The position numbers and the translations under genes are program-made. Positions 28,114-38,309 of a stretch of 64,000 nt of DNA are shown here, piece by piece. The stretch's first letter is position 1. Each line of letters opens with the position of its first letter. Origin of the DNA: Vicinamibacteria bacterium (GTDB lineage Bacteria; Acidobacteriota; Vicinamibacteria; Marinacidobacterales; Marinacidobacteraceae); contig OZ219816.1 of the NCBI GenBank assembly GCA_964291235.2, forward strand, positions 1,888,001-1,952,000. Reading direction: 5' to 3'. Below the pieces are notes generated by a model. That model searched no databases. It saw only the letters and a program-made list of their open reading frames with translations, and was not told the origin of the DNA.

Positions 28114-30216
28114 TCAGCGGCTGTTCGCCGCGTCGTCGGTCTCTTCTTCGGGCGTGTGCGCCCGGAACCAGGTCAGGATGCGCTCGGAGACATCCATCAG
28201 GAACTTCGGCTCCCTGGGGCCGTGCGGAGTTCTCGGGTACACGACCATCTCGGTGGGTACCCCCCGGCGGTCGAGCGCCCGGTAGAACTCCTGTCCCTGG
28301 GTGAACGGAACCCGCAGATCCTGGGCGCCGTGGATCACCTGGGTCGGAGTGGTTACCTCGGCGATCCGGTAGATGGCCGAGTGGGCTTCGTATACCTCGT
28401 AGTCCTCCCAGAAATCCCCTCCCATGTGGCCCGCCAGATAGTCCTGGATGTCGGTGGTGGTGACCATGCTGATCAGATTCGGAAGCCCCGCGCCCATGCT
28501 GGCCGCCACGAAGCGGTCGGTCCGGGTAACGGCGAAAGAGGTCATGTAGCCGCCGTAACTCCATCCCATGATGTAGAGCCGGCTGGGCTCGGCCACTCCC
28601 TGCTCGATCACCAGGTCCACCCCCGCCATCAGGTCGTCCATGTCTCCGAAACCCCAGTCCTTGAAGTTCGCGTAGCGGAACTCCTTGCCGTAGCCCGTGG
28701 AGCCGCGGGGGTTCGGACGCAGGATGGCGAACCCTTCCTGGGCGAAATACTGGAGCATGTAAATGGAGGGTGACCCGGTGAAAGTCTCCGAGTAGACCCC
28801 GGCAGGACCGCCATGGACGTTCAGCACCAGCGGGTAGCGGCGTCCTTCCTCATAGTCCACCGGGAGCGTCAGGAGGCCCTCCACCGGGGTGCCGTCGGGT
28901 GAAGTCCAGGTGAGCACGCTGGTCTTACCCATCGCGGGACGGGCCACGTCCCGGTGCAGATCGGTCAGTTGCCGCGGCTCGAAATTCGCGGCCGCCCCGC
29001 CTCCGGTCCCGAGATCGGCGGCGAAGACATCCCACGGCGTATCCGGCGTCTCGTGGGTAAAAGCCATCACGTCGGCGGCCGTCGCGATTGCGGGAGAGCG
29101 GAAGACGCCCTCACCCGGAGTCATTTCCACCAGGTCTCCGCCGTCCGCCGGCAGCCCGAACAGACGCCGCGAGGTCCGGTCGGCCTCGGTCACGTAAACC
29201 AGCGAGCCGTCCCGGGACCAGCCGAGGATCCCCGGGCTGCGGTCCTTCGTTTCCGCGAGCCGCACCCGTTCGCCGCCCATGACGGGCATCACGTAGATGT
29301 CCCCGAGCCCGATCGGCTCGGGCTGGTCACCGGTCGAGCGGAAGGCGACGGTCTGGCCGTCGGGGGAGACCCGGGGACTGCTCTCGATTCCGTCGCCGGC
29401 GTGGAGCACATCCACGCGGCCGTCTCCCAGGTGAACGACCGACAGATCCCCGGAGCGGCGATTCGTGTTGATCCGAGGGTCGTCCTGATGGCTGAAGACG
29501 ATCCGGTCGCTGCTCGACCAGTCCCAGCCCGAGACGTGGAAATCACCCCAGGTGAGGCGGCGATCCTCGCCGTCCGGGTCGTAGCCGTCCGTCACCAGAG
29601 CGACGTAGAGGTGGCCGTACTTGAAGTTCCGGTCCACCAGTTCGACGTCCCGCTTTTCCTTCTTGCGGGTCTTTTCCTCTTCGGTCTCGGGATCGCTCAT
29701 CAGGTAACCGAGGCTGCGGGCGTCCGGCGAGAACCGGAAAGCGCGCGCACCGTTCTCCGCGTGGGTGAGCTGGAAGGCCTCGCCGCCGGCGAGCGGCAGG
29801 GCCCATACCTGCTGCTTTTCCGTCCCTTCCCTGAGAAAGCCGAGATAGCGGCCGTCCGGGGAGAAAGCGGGAGAGGTCGCCGAGTTCTCGCCGGTGGTGA
29901 ACGCGACCGCGTCGCCGCCGCTCGCCGGGACGACGTGGATCTGGGTCCGGTATTCGGACTTCTCGCCCTCCATGAGCGGCACCGTGACCGTGAAGGCCAC
30001 GAGCGAACCATCGGACGAAACCGCCACCGAGGAAACCCGGTGGTACTTCATGGAGAGCGCCGGGGTCCAGCGATCGTCCTCGGCGGACGCCGCGGAGGCG
30101 GCGCAGAACACCGCCAGGATTCCGGCAAGAACGGCAGAAACGGTTGAGCGAGCGAGCACGGCGGGCCTCCTCGGCGGCCGGGAAACGCCTCGGCTGCCAA
30201 CGCCGAAGTATCCCAC
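28114..30216 (-). CDS. S9 family serine peptidase (acylaminoacyl/dipeptidyl aminopeptidase-like), exported
   Basis: Beta-propeller repeats, VHGGP, GWSYGG nucleophile motif, D.RVP, PH; start uncertain. Confidence 0.92.
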   Translation of the reverse strand: MGYFGVGSRGVSRPPRRPAVLARSTVSAVLAGILAVFCAASAASAEDDRWTPALSMKYHRVSSVAVSSDGSLVAFTVTVPLMEGEKSEYRTQIHVVPASGGDAVAFTTGENSATSPAFSPDGRYLGFLREGTEKQQVWALPLAGGEAFQLTHAENGARAFRFSPDARSLGYLMSDPETEEEKTRKKEKRDVELVDRNFKYGHLYVALVTDGYDPDGEDRRLTWGDFHVSGWDWSSSDRIVFSHQDDPRINTNRRSGDLSVVHLGDGRVDVLHAGDGIESSPRVSPDGQTVAFRSTGDQPEPIGLGDIYVMPVMGGERVRLAETKDRSPGILGWSRDGSLVYVTEADRTSRRLFGLPADGGDLVEMTPGEGVFRSPAIATAADVMAFTHETPDTPWDVFAADLGTGGGAAANFEPRQLTDLHRDVARPAMGKTSVLTWTSPDGTPVEGLLTLPVDYEEGRRYPLVLNVHGGPAGVYSETFTGSPSIYMLQYFAQEGFAILRPNPRGSTGYGKEFRYANFKDWGFGDMDDLMAGVDLVIEQGVAEPSRLYIMGWSYGGYMTSFAVTRTDRFVAASMGAGLPNLISMVTTTDIQDYLAGHMGGDFWEDYEVYEAHSAIYRIAEVTTPTQVIHGAQDLRVPFTQGQEFYRALDRRGVPTEMVVYPRTPHGPREPKFLMDVSERILTWFRAHTPEEETDDAANSR

Positions 30217-30417
30217 CCGCCGTCAGCGCGGCGCGACTCCAAGCCTTTGGCGCCAGCAACGGAGCGAAGCGGGCGCCACCGGGTTCCTTCAAGGCATCGC
30301 CGTAACCGTTCGTAGCGGTGGCCGCGTCGGGCAACGGCAAGGATCAGAATCAGCAACCGACTCTGTACGCTGTCTCAAATGAACCCTTGGGGCCTCGCTT
30401 GCGTAGTCTTCGCGCGA

Positions 30418-31580
30418 TGACTGCGGTAAAGGTGCGGACCGGCCTGGACCGGCTCCCGGAAATGGGGGAGTTGCTGCGAGGACTCCGGGTCGGGCTGATC
30501 GCGAACCCGTCCTCGGTGGACTCTTCCTTCCGCCACGCACGAGAGGTGGTGGCCGGGCTGCCGGGGGTGACGCTGGCGGCGCTCTTCGCCCCCGAGCACG
30601 GCTTCGACGCCGTCGAGCAGGACCTGATCGAGATCGCCGACGCGGACGGAAAGGTCCCGGTCCACAGCCTCTACGGCCCGACGCGGCGACCGACCTCCGC
30701 CATGCTGGAAGGGCTGGACGCGCTGGTCTTCGACATTCAGGACATCGGTTCGCGCTACTACACCTACGTCTGGACGATGGCCCACGCGATGGAGGCCGCC
30801 GCCGAACACAAAAAGCGCATCGTCGTCCTCGACCGCCCCAACCCCATCGGGGGCGCCGTCGAGGGCAACCTGATCCGGGACGACCACCGATCCTTCGTGG
30901 GGCTCTATTCGCTCCCGAATCGCCACGGGATGACCGCCGGCGAGATCGCGGGGCTGTTGAACCGGCACCACGGGATCGGGGCCGACCTGGTGATCGTGGG
31001 CTGCGACGGCTGGCGGCGCGACCAGTGGCTCGATGCGACCGGAATTGCCTTCATCCCACCCTCACCCAACATGCCGACCCTCGATACCGCCGCCGTCTAT
31101 CCCGGGGCCTGCCTGATCGAGGGAACGAACCTTTCCGAAGGCCGGGGAACCACCCGGCCGTTCGAACTCTGCGGGGCGCCCTGGGTGGATGGACCGCGCC
31201 TCGCGGAAGCGCTGGCCGAAGAGGAACTCCCCGGGGTCCACTTCCGCCCGGTGCGTTTTCGGCCCACCTTCCATAAATTTGCGAACGAGGAGTGCGGCGG
31301 GGTGATGCAGCACGTCACCGACCGGGACGCCTACCTGCCCTGGCGCACCGGCATCGCCGTCCTGAACCAAACTCGGCGTCTCTGGCCGGCCGACTTCGCC
31401 TGGCGACAGCCTCCCTACGAATACGAGTTGGAGCGCCTGCCGATCGACATCCTGGGTGGAAATCCGGGCATCCGGGAGGGCATCGAGGCGGGACGCGCCA
31501 CGGCCGAGATCGCGGGCGCCGGGAACGCCGAGGGAGACGGCTTTCGCCCGATCCGCGAAGCGTTCCTGCTCTACCGCTGA
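30418..31580 (+). CDS. Exo-beta-N-acetylmuramidase NamZ family (DUF1343)
   Basis: LFAPEHG, FDIQDIGSRYYTY, LDRPNPIGG, PSPNMP, SEGRGTTRPFE. Confidence 0.9.
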
Positions 31581-31610
31581 GGGCGACGGTCCCGGCCTGC
31601 CGGGCGCGCC

Positions 31611-32759
31611 TCAGCCCCCGACTCCGCGCCCCGTGGCCAGGTAGGTGGCGAAGCTGCCGAGCCAATGGCTGCCGACGTAGTTGGTCGGATCCACCCCGGC
31701 GAAACCCGCCTCCGCGTTCCGCGCGGCGAGCGCGGCCATCGCTCCTCTCCGGCCGTCACCTTCGGGGAGGGCGCTCACGATGCCCTGGAGCATCCAAGCG
31801 CGGCTCAGGTGCAGGCCGTGGAGGTGCCCGAACGCGTCCTCCTCGTCCTGCGGCACCCGCACGGGCTCGAGGTTCGGCGGCAGCGGGCCGGGCAGGAAGG
31901 CGTCCAGCCAAGCCGCGAATTCGTCCGCCGGCAACACCCGGCGCATGAAGTCGGCCTCCGCGACGCACGGCGAAAGGAAGTCCTGCCCTGACGGTTCGTA
32001 GTCCACCGGGCAGTCGCGGTCGCCGCCGTACCAGACCCGCGCCCGGGCGGCCAGCAAGTCCTGCATGGGTTGGTCTCCCACGGACACCGCCCAGTCGTGG
32101 ATCAGGCCGGCCGAGAACGCGGTCTGCTTGTGCTCCCCGACCCGGACCGGATGCTCCAGTTTCTCGAAGAACTCCGCCAGCCGCTCGACCCCGTTGGCGG
32201 TCAGCGGCGCGAGCGTCTCGCGCCAGCGGGCCGCCCGGTTCCGGTCGTCCTCCCCTGCCGCCGTATCGGAACTCCATTCGTGAAGCTCGGCGTCGAGCTG
32301 GAGCAGCCAGGCAAGGCCGTAGGGACGCTCGAAACCGCGCCGGCCCTCCTTCGAAACGAAGGTCAGTTCGGCGGCGACCCGCTCCTCGGCGAGGTTGTGA
32401 TCGAGCGCCGCACGGGCGCCCGGAGCGAATTCGGCGCCGGGGAACCGGCGGGTCAGCCGGGCCAGAAGCCAGTGTCCGTGCACCGCGGAATGCCAGTCGT
32501 AGCAGCCGTAGAAGACCGGAGTGAGATCCCGGGGCAGGCCCAGATCGTCGTCGCTTTCGAGGCGCAGGCGCAGGCCGTACGGATACTCCTTGAGCACGCA
32601 GTCGAGGGCGAGCGCCGCGAAGGCGGCCGCGCCGCTCTCGTCAATTGCCGGAGGCGTCAAGTCCACGGGAGGCGCCCGATCGCCGCTTCCACAGGCCGCC
32701 GCCAACCCGCTGGCGAGCGCCAGGGCGGCGAACCGCTGTCTCGAGCCGTCGTGAACCAT
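31611..32759 (-). CDS. DUF2891 family lipoprotein
   Basis: Lipobox LAAAC; FYGCYDWHSAVHGHW, FERPYGLAW, EPSGQDFLSP, HWLGSFA. Confidence 0.85.
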   Translation of the reverse strand: MVHDGSRQRFAALALASGLAAACGSGDRAPPVDLTPPAIDESGAAAFAALALDCVLKEYPYGLRLRLESDDDLGLPRDLTPVFYGCYDWHSAVHGHWLLARLTRRFPGAEFAPGARAALDHNLAEERVAAELTFVSKEGRRGFERPYGLAWLLQLDAELHEWSSDTAAGEDDRNRAARWRETLAPLTANGVERLAEFFEKLEHPVRVGEHKQTAFSAGLIHDWAVSVGDQPMQDLLAARARVWYGGDRDCPVDYEPSGQDFLSPCVAEADFMRRVLPADEFAAWLDAFLPGPLPPNLEPVRVPQDEEDAFGHLHGLHLSRAWMLQGIVSALPEGDGRRGAMAALAARNAEAGFAGVDPTNYVGSHWLGSFATYLATGRGVGG

Positions 32760-32781
32760 CGCATTCCTCCTGCCTCCGCGG

Positions 32782-33456
32782 TCAGAGTTTGCGGGCCTGA
32801 CTCACCAGCCGGTCGGCGCGGCGAACGGGCTCCGGAAGACGAAATCCTATGGCGCAGGCGAGTACCAGAGTTTCCGCAGTCGCCAGATCGATTCGATGGC
32901 CAATGCTCACGAACACCGGGCGCACCCGTTCCCGGGTGCGGAGGACCGTGCCGACCCGCTCTCCGCGATGCTCGAGGGGCCCCTTCGAACCCCGCGACGG
33001 AGCAATCTCCGGGTGCTCGCCGACCAGGACGCTCTTCGCACAGCCGATGGCGGGGACTCCGGTCAGGACGCCGAGATGGCACGCGAGCCCGAACCGGCGC
33101 GGGTGGGCGAGCCCGTGGCCATCGCAGAACAGGGCATCCACCGGCGTGTTCAATTCCGCGAACGCCGCCAGCACCGCCGGGGCCTCTCGGAAGGACAGGA
33201 GACCCGGGACGTAGGGGAAGGTCAGCGGGCGGCGCGCCACCCGCTCCTCGACCACCCGGCGTTCCGCGACCGACCACGCCACCGCCGCGGCCACGCACTC
33301 CCTGCCCCCCTTCGGGAAAGCGGCATCCAGTCCCGCCACGATCCGCGGATCGAATCCCGACGGCGTCTCCGCCTCCACCAACTCGGCGAGTTCCCGCTGC
33401 AGGGAGGCGGCCTCGCGGGGAGAGACGTTCCACGGGTGGGCGAGGAGTGGCTTCAC
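32782..33456 (-). CDS. nfi: Endonuclease V
   Basis: VAGLD, FPYVPGLLSFRE, DGHGLAHPRRFGLACHLG, IGCAKS, RLPEP. Confidence 0.95.
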   Translation of the reverse strand: MKPLLAHPWNVSPREAASLQRELAELVEAETPSGFDPRIVAGLDAAFPKGGRECVAAAVAWSVAERRVVEERVARRPLTFPYVPGLLSFREAPAVLAAFAELNTPVDALFCDGHGLAHPRRFGLACHLGVLTGVPAIGCAKSVLVGEHPEIAPSRGSKGPLEHRGERVGTVLRTRERVRPVFVSIGHRIDLATAETLVLACAIGFRLPEPVRRADRLVSQARKL

Positions 33457-33624
33457 GGGAGCTCAGATGTAGCACACCGCATGACAAGCACAACCCGGAA
33501 CACCGCCGCGTCGCGCGTCATCGGACCGGGTGTGACGTACAGCTTCATCACGAACGGACGCCCCGTGGCGGGCAGCCTCCGGACGGGGAAGGAACTCCCG
33601 TCCGGAGGGGGAAGAACCTCGACG

Positions 33625-34494
33625 TCAGCGGACGTCGTTGAGGTCCCAGTCGTATTCGTAGTCGAAGCCGCCTTCGAAGCTCTTGAGCTGTTCCGCGAGT
33701 TCGGGCTCCGCGTAACGGAGCAGGTGTTCGACAACACCCGCTTCGCTTCCCCCGAAATCCTCCTGGAACCAGGTATAGATGCTGGAGACAACCCCAGACA
33801 TCTCGTCCATGAGTTCGACTCCCCGCGGGTGGTTGATGTAACCCCGGGCGGCCGCATCCATCATTGCCTCGAGATCCGCCGCGGTGAATACCCTGGGAGC
33901 CAGGTTCGGACACCCGATGCTCGCGCAATTCACCGCGTAGTGAATGCGCGGATCCCGCCAGAGCGCCCGCAGGATGTCGTGCTCCATGTTGTCGAGCGTG
34001 AGCCGCTGTCCGGCGACGGTGGCGCGCCGGTCGCCCCAGGGGCCGGAAAGCGGCACGATGCCGTCGTGGATGTTCTTGATGGAGTCCACGGGATAGTCCT
34101 CGACGACGGTCTCCACGGTGAGCGCGTTGTAGAAGTTGATCCAGTACGCCATCTGCTCGTCGCGCGAGTAGAGGCGCGGATCCACCGCCTCCAGATGCGC
34201 AAGGTAATCCTGGAGACGGCCGCGGTCGACTGCGTTCGCCTTGAGGCCGCCGTAGTCGAACAAATGGACCCCTGAGGGATCGTCGGTGTGCAGATAGCCG
34301 TCCAGAATCGCCTGCCACTCGCGGTGATCGATCGTTTCGGAGTTCTGGTTGTCGTGCTCCGCCCAGGAAACCAGCACCTCCGGCCCGTTCGATGCGCAGT
34401 TGCTGGCTCCGAGCCAGCCCCCTGCCGCGAGAACCGCCACGGCGGTGAGGACGGGCCTCCGATGCCCGCTTCGGGTCGTTTTTTCGCTCTTCAT
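33625..34494 (-). CDS. DUF547 domain protein, exported
   Basis: AYWINFYNALT, LDNMEH, DPRIHYAVNCASIGCP, YDWDLND. Confidence 0.9.
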   Translation of the reverse strand: MKSEKTTRSGHRRPVLTAVAVLAAGGWLGASNCASNGPEVLVSWAEHDNQNSETIDHREWQAILDGYLHTDDPSGVHLFDYGGLKANAVDRGRLQDYLAHLEAVDPRLYSRDEQMAYWINFYNALTVETVVEDYPVDSIKNIHDGIVPLSGPWGDRRATVAGQRLTLDNMEHDILRALWRDPRIHYAVNCASIGCPNLAPRVFTAADLEAMMDAAARGYINHPRGVELMDEMSGVVSSIYTWFQEDFGGSEAGVVEHLLRYAEPELAEQLKSFEGGFDYEYDWDLNDVR

Positions 34495-35252
34495 GAGCCA
34501 TCTACCTCCTTCCTCCGGCCTGTCCGGAGGACCCGGGATTTCTGTTCTACGTATAGCCTAGCGATCATCGCGAGGATGCCCGCGCTCGCGCCCACCACCC
34601 CGCGGATCGTGCCGCCGACCTTCGATCGTCCGTAACGTCGCTTCCGGGTGTCCACGGGCGTCTCGACGATTTCGAGACCGTGCTGGATCGCCTTGATCTG
34701 CATCTCGACGGTCCACCCATAGGCCCGGTTCTCCATCGAGATCCGGCGTAACGATGCGGACCGGATGGCCCGGTAGGGGCCGAGGTCGCTGATTCGCTGC
34801 CCCCAGAGGACGCGAATCAGAAGCGCGGCCACCTGGTTTCCGGCGACCTGCGGAGCGGAAAGCGCCCCCGGCTCGGCGTGGCCGTGCACCCGCGATCCGA
34901 TCGCGAGATCCGCCCCCCCGGCAACCTGCGCGAGGAGGCGCGGCGCCTGCGCGGCGTCGAACGATCCATCTCCATCGGTGAACAGGACCACGTCCACGGG
35001 CGAAAGCGACGCCAGCGCCGTCAAACAGGCGACTCCGTACCCGGGCCGATCCTGATACACCACCCGGGCGCCGGCTTCCCGCGCCCGGAGCGTGGTTTCG
35101 TCGCGCGATCCGTTGTCGCAGACCACGAGGTCGTCGATCAGCCGCGCGCCCGCTTCGTCCCTTAGCGCGAGGAGTTCCCGAACGACCGGACCGATGTTCT
35201 GCTCCTCATCCCGCGCGGGGACGACGACGCCGACCTTCAGGCCTCGATACAC
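34491..35252 (-). CDS. GT2 glycosyltransferase (polyprenol-phosphate mannosyltransferase-like)
   Basis: VVVPARDEE, DNGSRD, GYG.AC, DGDGS, DLGPYRAI, YGWTVEMQ. Confidence 0.88.
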   Translation of the reverse strand: MYRGLKVGVVVPARDEEQNIGPVVRELLALRDEAGARLIDDLVVCDNGSRDETTLRAREAGARVVYQDRPGYGVACLTALASLSPVDVVLFTDGDGSFDAAQAPRLLAQVAGGADLAIGSRVHGHAEPGALSAPQVAGNQVAALLIRVLWGQRISDLGPYRAIRSASLRRISMENRAYGWTVEMQIKAIQHGLEIVETPVDTRKRRYGRSKVGGTIRGVVGASAGILAMIARLYVEQKSRVLRTGRRKEVDGS

Positions 35253-35421
35253 GCAGGTCTGTCCTTCACGGCTTCGGTTCGCCGGCGACGCCGGTTCTCA
35301 GCGCGAGCGGGGCAGCTCGGGTCGAGCGCGGCGCACGCGAGCCCGACCGCATCCACCCAGCGGGAGCGGAAGAAAGCGCCCGTCCCTTCCCACCGGATCC
35401 GCGTTCGCTCCGGCCTCGCGA

Positions 35422-35820
35422 TCACGTCGGCGATTCCCCGTCCGGAAAGAAGAACGCGTCCGTATCGGACGGCTCGAAGAGACACCGATCGAGACGTACC
35501 CGGCCGCGATCGTCAAACGGGACTCTTTCCCGGACGAGGAGCGCCCGCTGCCGGCCGGGCTCGCAGTTCCCGCTCAGTTCGGCAGAAAGCAATCCCTCCG
35601 CATTCACCACCCGGTGCCAGGGAACGCCTTCGGGGGAATTTCGGAGCGCCCAGCCGGCCGCCCGGGCGGAGAGCGGATACCCGGCCGCGGTCACCGCCCG
35701 CGCCACCCGGCCGTAGGTGGTCACCCGGCCGGCGGGGACTTGCCGCACGACGGCGTGAACCCTGCGGAACTTGCCCTCGCTTCCCGGAGCGGAAAACGGA
35801 GCCGGCGGGAGAAGCGGCAT
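35422..35820 (-). CDS. Alkyltransferase-like (ATL/YbaZ-type) MGMT family protein
   Basis: VPAGRVTTYG, AR..GWAL and PWHRVV (Trp in place of the catalytic Cys); start uncertain. Confidence 0.85.
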   Translation of the reverse strand: MPLLPPAPFSAPGSEGKFRRVHAVVRQVPAGRVTTYGRVARAVTAAGYPLSARAAGWALRNSPEGVPWHRVVNAEGLLSAELSGNCEPGRQRALLVRERVPFDDRGRVRLDRCLFEPSDTDAFFFPDGESPT

Positions 35821-35972
35821 CACCGGGGACGGGCCGGGGACCCTGGTCGGGAAACGTCGCGGCGGGAGCAAATGTGGTACAAGCGGGGGTCGTCCGTTCC
35901 GCCGGCCGAGGGCAGCCATCCGATCCTATCCTGCGGAAGGCGCGGCGCCGCACGGCGCCCGGAGGCTCGACC

Positions 35973-37913
35973 ATGACCCCGCCCCAGAAGATGCATCGCC
36001 CGTTCGGAGCCGGCGTCAGCCGCCGTGACTTCCTGTCCGGAGTACCGGTGGCGCTGACCGGAGCGGCGCTTGCCTGCCGCGAGGTCCCGGAGTTCCAGTC
36101 CGAGATCGACCGCGCCGGCGAGGCCAACTACCCGCCGCTCCGCACCGGGATGCGCGGGTCGCACGACGGCTCCTTCGAAGTCGGGCACCAGATGGCGCAC
36201 GAGGGACGCGAATGGCCGCCCACCGACACCGGGGAAAGCTACGACCTCGTGGTGGTGGGTGCCGGGATCTCCGGACTCTCCGCCGCCCACTACTTTCGTA
36301 AGCAGGCTGGCCCGGACGCCCGCATCCTGCTCCTCGACAACCACGACGACTTCGGCGGCCACGCCAAGCGCAACGAATTCCGGCTCGACGGCCGGACCTA
36401 CCTGATGAATGGCGGGACTCTGAACGTGGAGGCGCCGTCCCAGTACGGGGAGATCGCCGAAGGCCTGCTCAAGGAGATCGGGATCGACCGAACGCGCTAC
36501 TACGAGAGCATCAGCGCCGTCTCCGACACCTATGGAAGCCTGGGCCTCCAGCGGGCCATGTTCTTCGACCGCGAGACCTTCGGGGCGGACCAACTGGTCG
36601 CCGGGATCGGCAGGCGGCCGCTCGGGGAGTTCCTCGCCGACTCCCCGATGCCCGAGGCGGTGCGGAACGACCTGATCCGGCTGCACGCGGACGACCAGCC
36701 GGACTATCTCCCGGACCTCTCACCGGAGGAAAAGAAGGCGTACCTGGCCACCATCAGTTACAAGGACTTCCTGATCGAGCACGCCAAGTGCGATCCGGGG
36801 GTGGTCTGGTTCTTCGACCATCGGCCGAAGGGTCTCTTCTGCACCGGGATCGACGCCTACCCGGCGCGCTACGCCTGGGAGGAGGGTTTGCCGGGATTCT
36901 CGGGAATGGAGATTCCCCAGACGCCGCCGGATGTCCTCGCCGACGAGCCGGGCGGTCAGCACGGGCGGGAAAACCAGGCCCGGGCCGAAAAGGGCGATCC
37001 CGATCTCTACTTCCCGGACGGCAACGCCACGATCACCCGGTTGCTCGTCCGCGGGCTCATTCCGAGCGCCATCCCCGGCTCGACCATGGAAGACGTGGTC
37101 ATGGCGCCGCTGGACTACGGGATGCTGGACCAGGCCGGCAATTCGACCCGGATTCGGCTCTCCTCGACCGTGATCCGCGTCGAACCGGGCGAGGCCGGCC
37201 CGGCCCGCATCACGTACGTGCACGGCGACCAGGGGCACACGGTCGCCGCCGGGCGCGTCGTCCTGGCCTGCTGGCACAACATCATTCCCTACCTCGTTCC
37301 CGAACTGCCGAAGGCGCAGCGGGACGCCCTGTCGTGGCCGGTCAAGTCGCCGCTGCAGTACACGAGCGTCCTGCTCCGCAACTGGCGGGCATTCACCGAG
37401 GCGGGCGTCTCTTCGATTGCCGCGCCTGGCGGGTACCACACCTCGATCGGGCTGGCCCCTCAGCTGGCGCTCGGCGACTACCGCACCTCCACCTCTCCTG
37501 ACGAGCCGCTGGTAGTGCGGATGAACCGCTATCCCTGCGAGCCCGGGCTCTCGCGCCGGGAGCAGCACCAGATCGGCCGGATGGAACTCCTCCACACCAC
37601 CTTCGAAACGGTGGAGGCGAATATCCGCGACCAGCTCAACCGGATGCTCGGCCGGAGCGGCTTCGACGACCAGCGCGACATCGCCGCGATCACGGTCAAC
37701 CGCTGGCCGCACGGCTACACGTATTCCTACAACCCGATGTTCGATCCCCCGGAATGGGCTTTCGAGGCCGGCGACGACCGCCCGCACGTCTCCGCCCGGC
37801 AACCGTTCGGACGAATCGCCATCGCGGGCACCGACTCCGCCGGCAGCCCGCATAGCGACGCGGCGATCCGGGAGGCGCACCGGGCGGTCGGAGAGATCCT
37901 CGCCGCGGACTGA
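35973..37913 (+). CDS. Tat-exported FAD-dependent oxidoreductase, spermidine dehydrogenase-like
   Basis: SRRDFL Tat motif; YPP..TGMRGSH, VVVGAGISG, NHDDFGGHAKRNEF, FPDGNA, ITVNRWPHGY. Confidence 0.85.
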   Translation: MTPPQKMHRPFGAGVSRRDFLSGVPVALTGAALACREVPEFQSEIDRAGEANYPPLRTGMRGSHDGSFEVGHQMAHEGREWPPTDTGESYDLVVVGAGISGLSAAHYFRKQAGPDARILLLDNHDDFGGHAKRNEFRLDGRTYLMNGGTLNVEAPSQYGEIAEGLLKEIGIDRTRYYESISAVSDTYGSLGLQRAMFFDRETFGADQLVAGIGRRPLGEFLADSPMPEAVRNDLIRLHADDQPDYLPDLSPEEKKAYLATISYKDFLIEHAKCDPGVVWFFDHRPKGLFCTGIDAYPARYAWEEGLPGFSGMEIPQTPPDVLADEPGGQHGRENQARAEKGDPDLYFPDGNATITRLLVRGLIPSAIPGSTMEDVVMAPLDYGMLDQAGNSTRIRLSSTVIRVEPGEAGPARITYVHGDQGHTVAAGRVVLACWHNIIPYLVPELPKAQRDALSWPVKSPLQYTSVLLRNWRAFTEAGVSSIAAPGGYHTSIGLAPQLALGDYRTSTSPDEPLVVRMNRYPCEPGLSRREQHQIGRMELLHTTFETVEANIRDQLNRMLGRSGFDDQRDIAAITVNRWPHGYTYSYNPMFDPPEWAFEAGDDRPHVSARQPFGRIAIAGTDSAGSPHSDAAIREAHRAVGEILAAD

Positions 37914-37932
37914 CGGACGGTCTGGAGACAAC

Positions 37933-38262
37933 GTGGAAAGTGACCTGATCCTCTACGGCGTTCCGTTACTTGTCCTGGTGGTGTCCGCTCCGATGACCCT
38001 GGGCATCGTCCCCCCCAACCGGATCTACGGTTTCCGGACGGAAGAGACCCTCTCATCTCCGGAGGTCTGGTATCCGGCCAATCGGGCGTGTGGGTGGTTC
38101 ATGGTTGCCGCCGCGGCCGTCTCCGTCTGCTTCAACCTGGCCTTGTCGTCGGCCTTTCCGGAATGGCCGCTGGAACGGCTGAGGCCGTGGATGGTGGGCG
38201 GAAACGTCGTACCGCTGCTGGCGGGAGCCGCCGCGTCCTACGTTTACCTCCGCCGGCTCTGA
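37933..38262 (+). CDS. SdpI family membrane protein
   Basis: PPNRIYGFRT..TLS...WY.ANR motif; 3 TM segments. Confidence 0.8.
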   Translation: MESDLILYGVPLLVLVVSAPMTLGIVPPNRIYGFRTEETLSSPEVWYPANRACGWFMVAAAAVSVCFNLALSSAFPEWPLERLRPWMVGGNVVPLLAGAAASYVYLRRL

Positions 38263-38309
38263 GGAAACGACCCAAGGACCGTACCGCCGACGGATGGACA
38301 CCTGCTGAC

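Noticed and set aside
30217-30417. Possible ncRNA or element remnant between the S9 peptidase and NamZ genes
   Set aside because: No convincing inverted repeat, recurrence or known motif found by eye.
33453-33548. Short ORF MKLYVTPGPM... resembling a glutathione S-transferase N-terminus
   Set aside because: Only about 8 residues of resemblance; too weak to call even a pseudogene.
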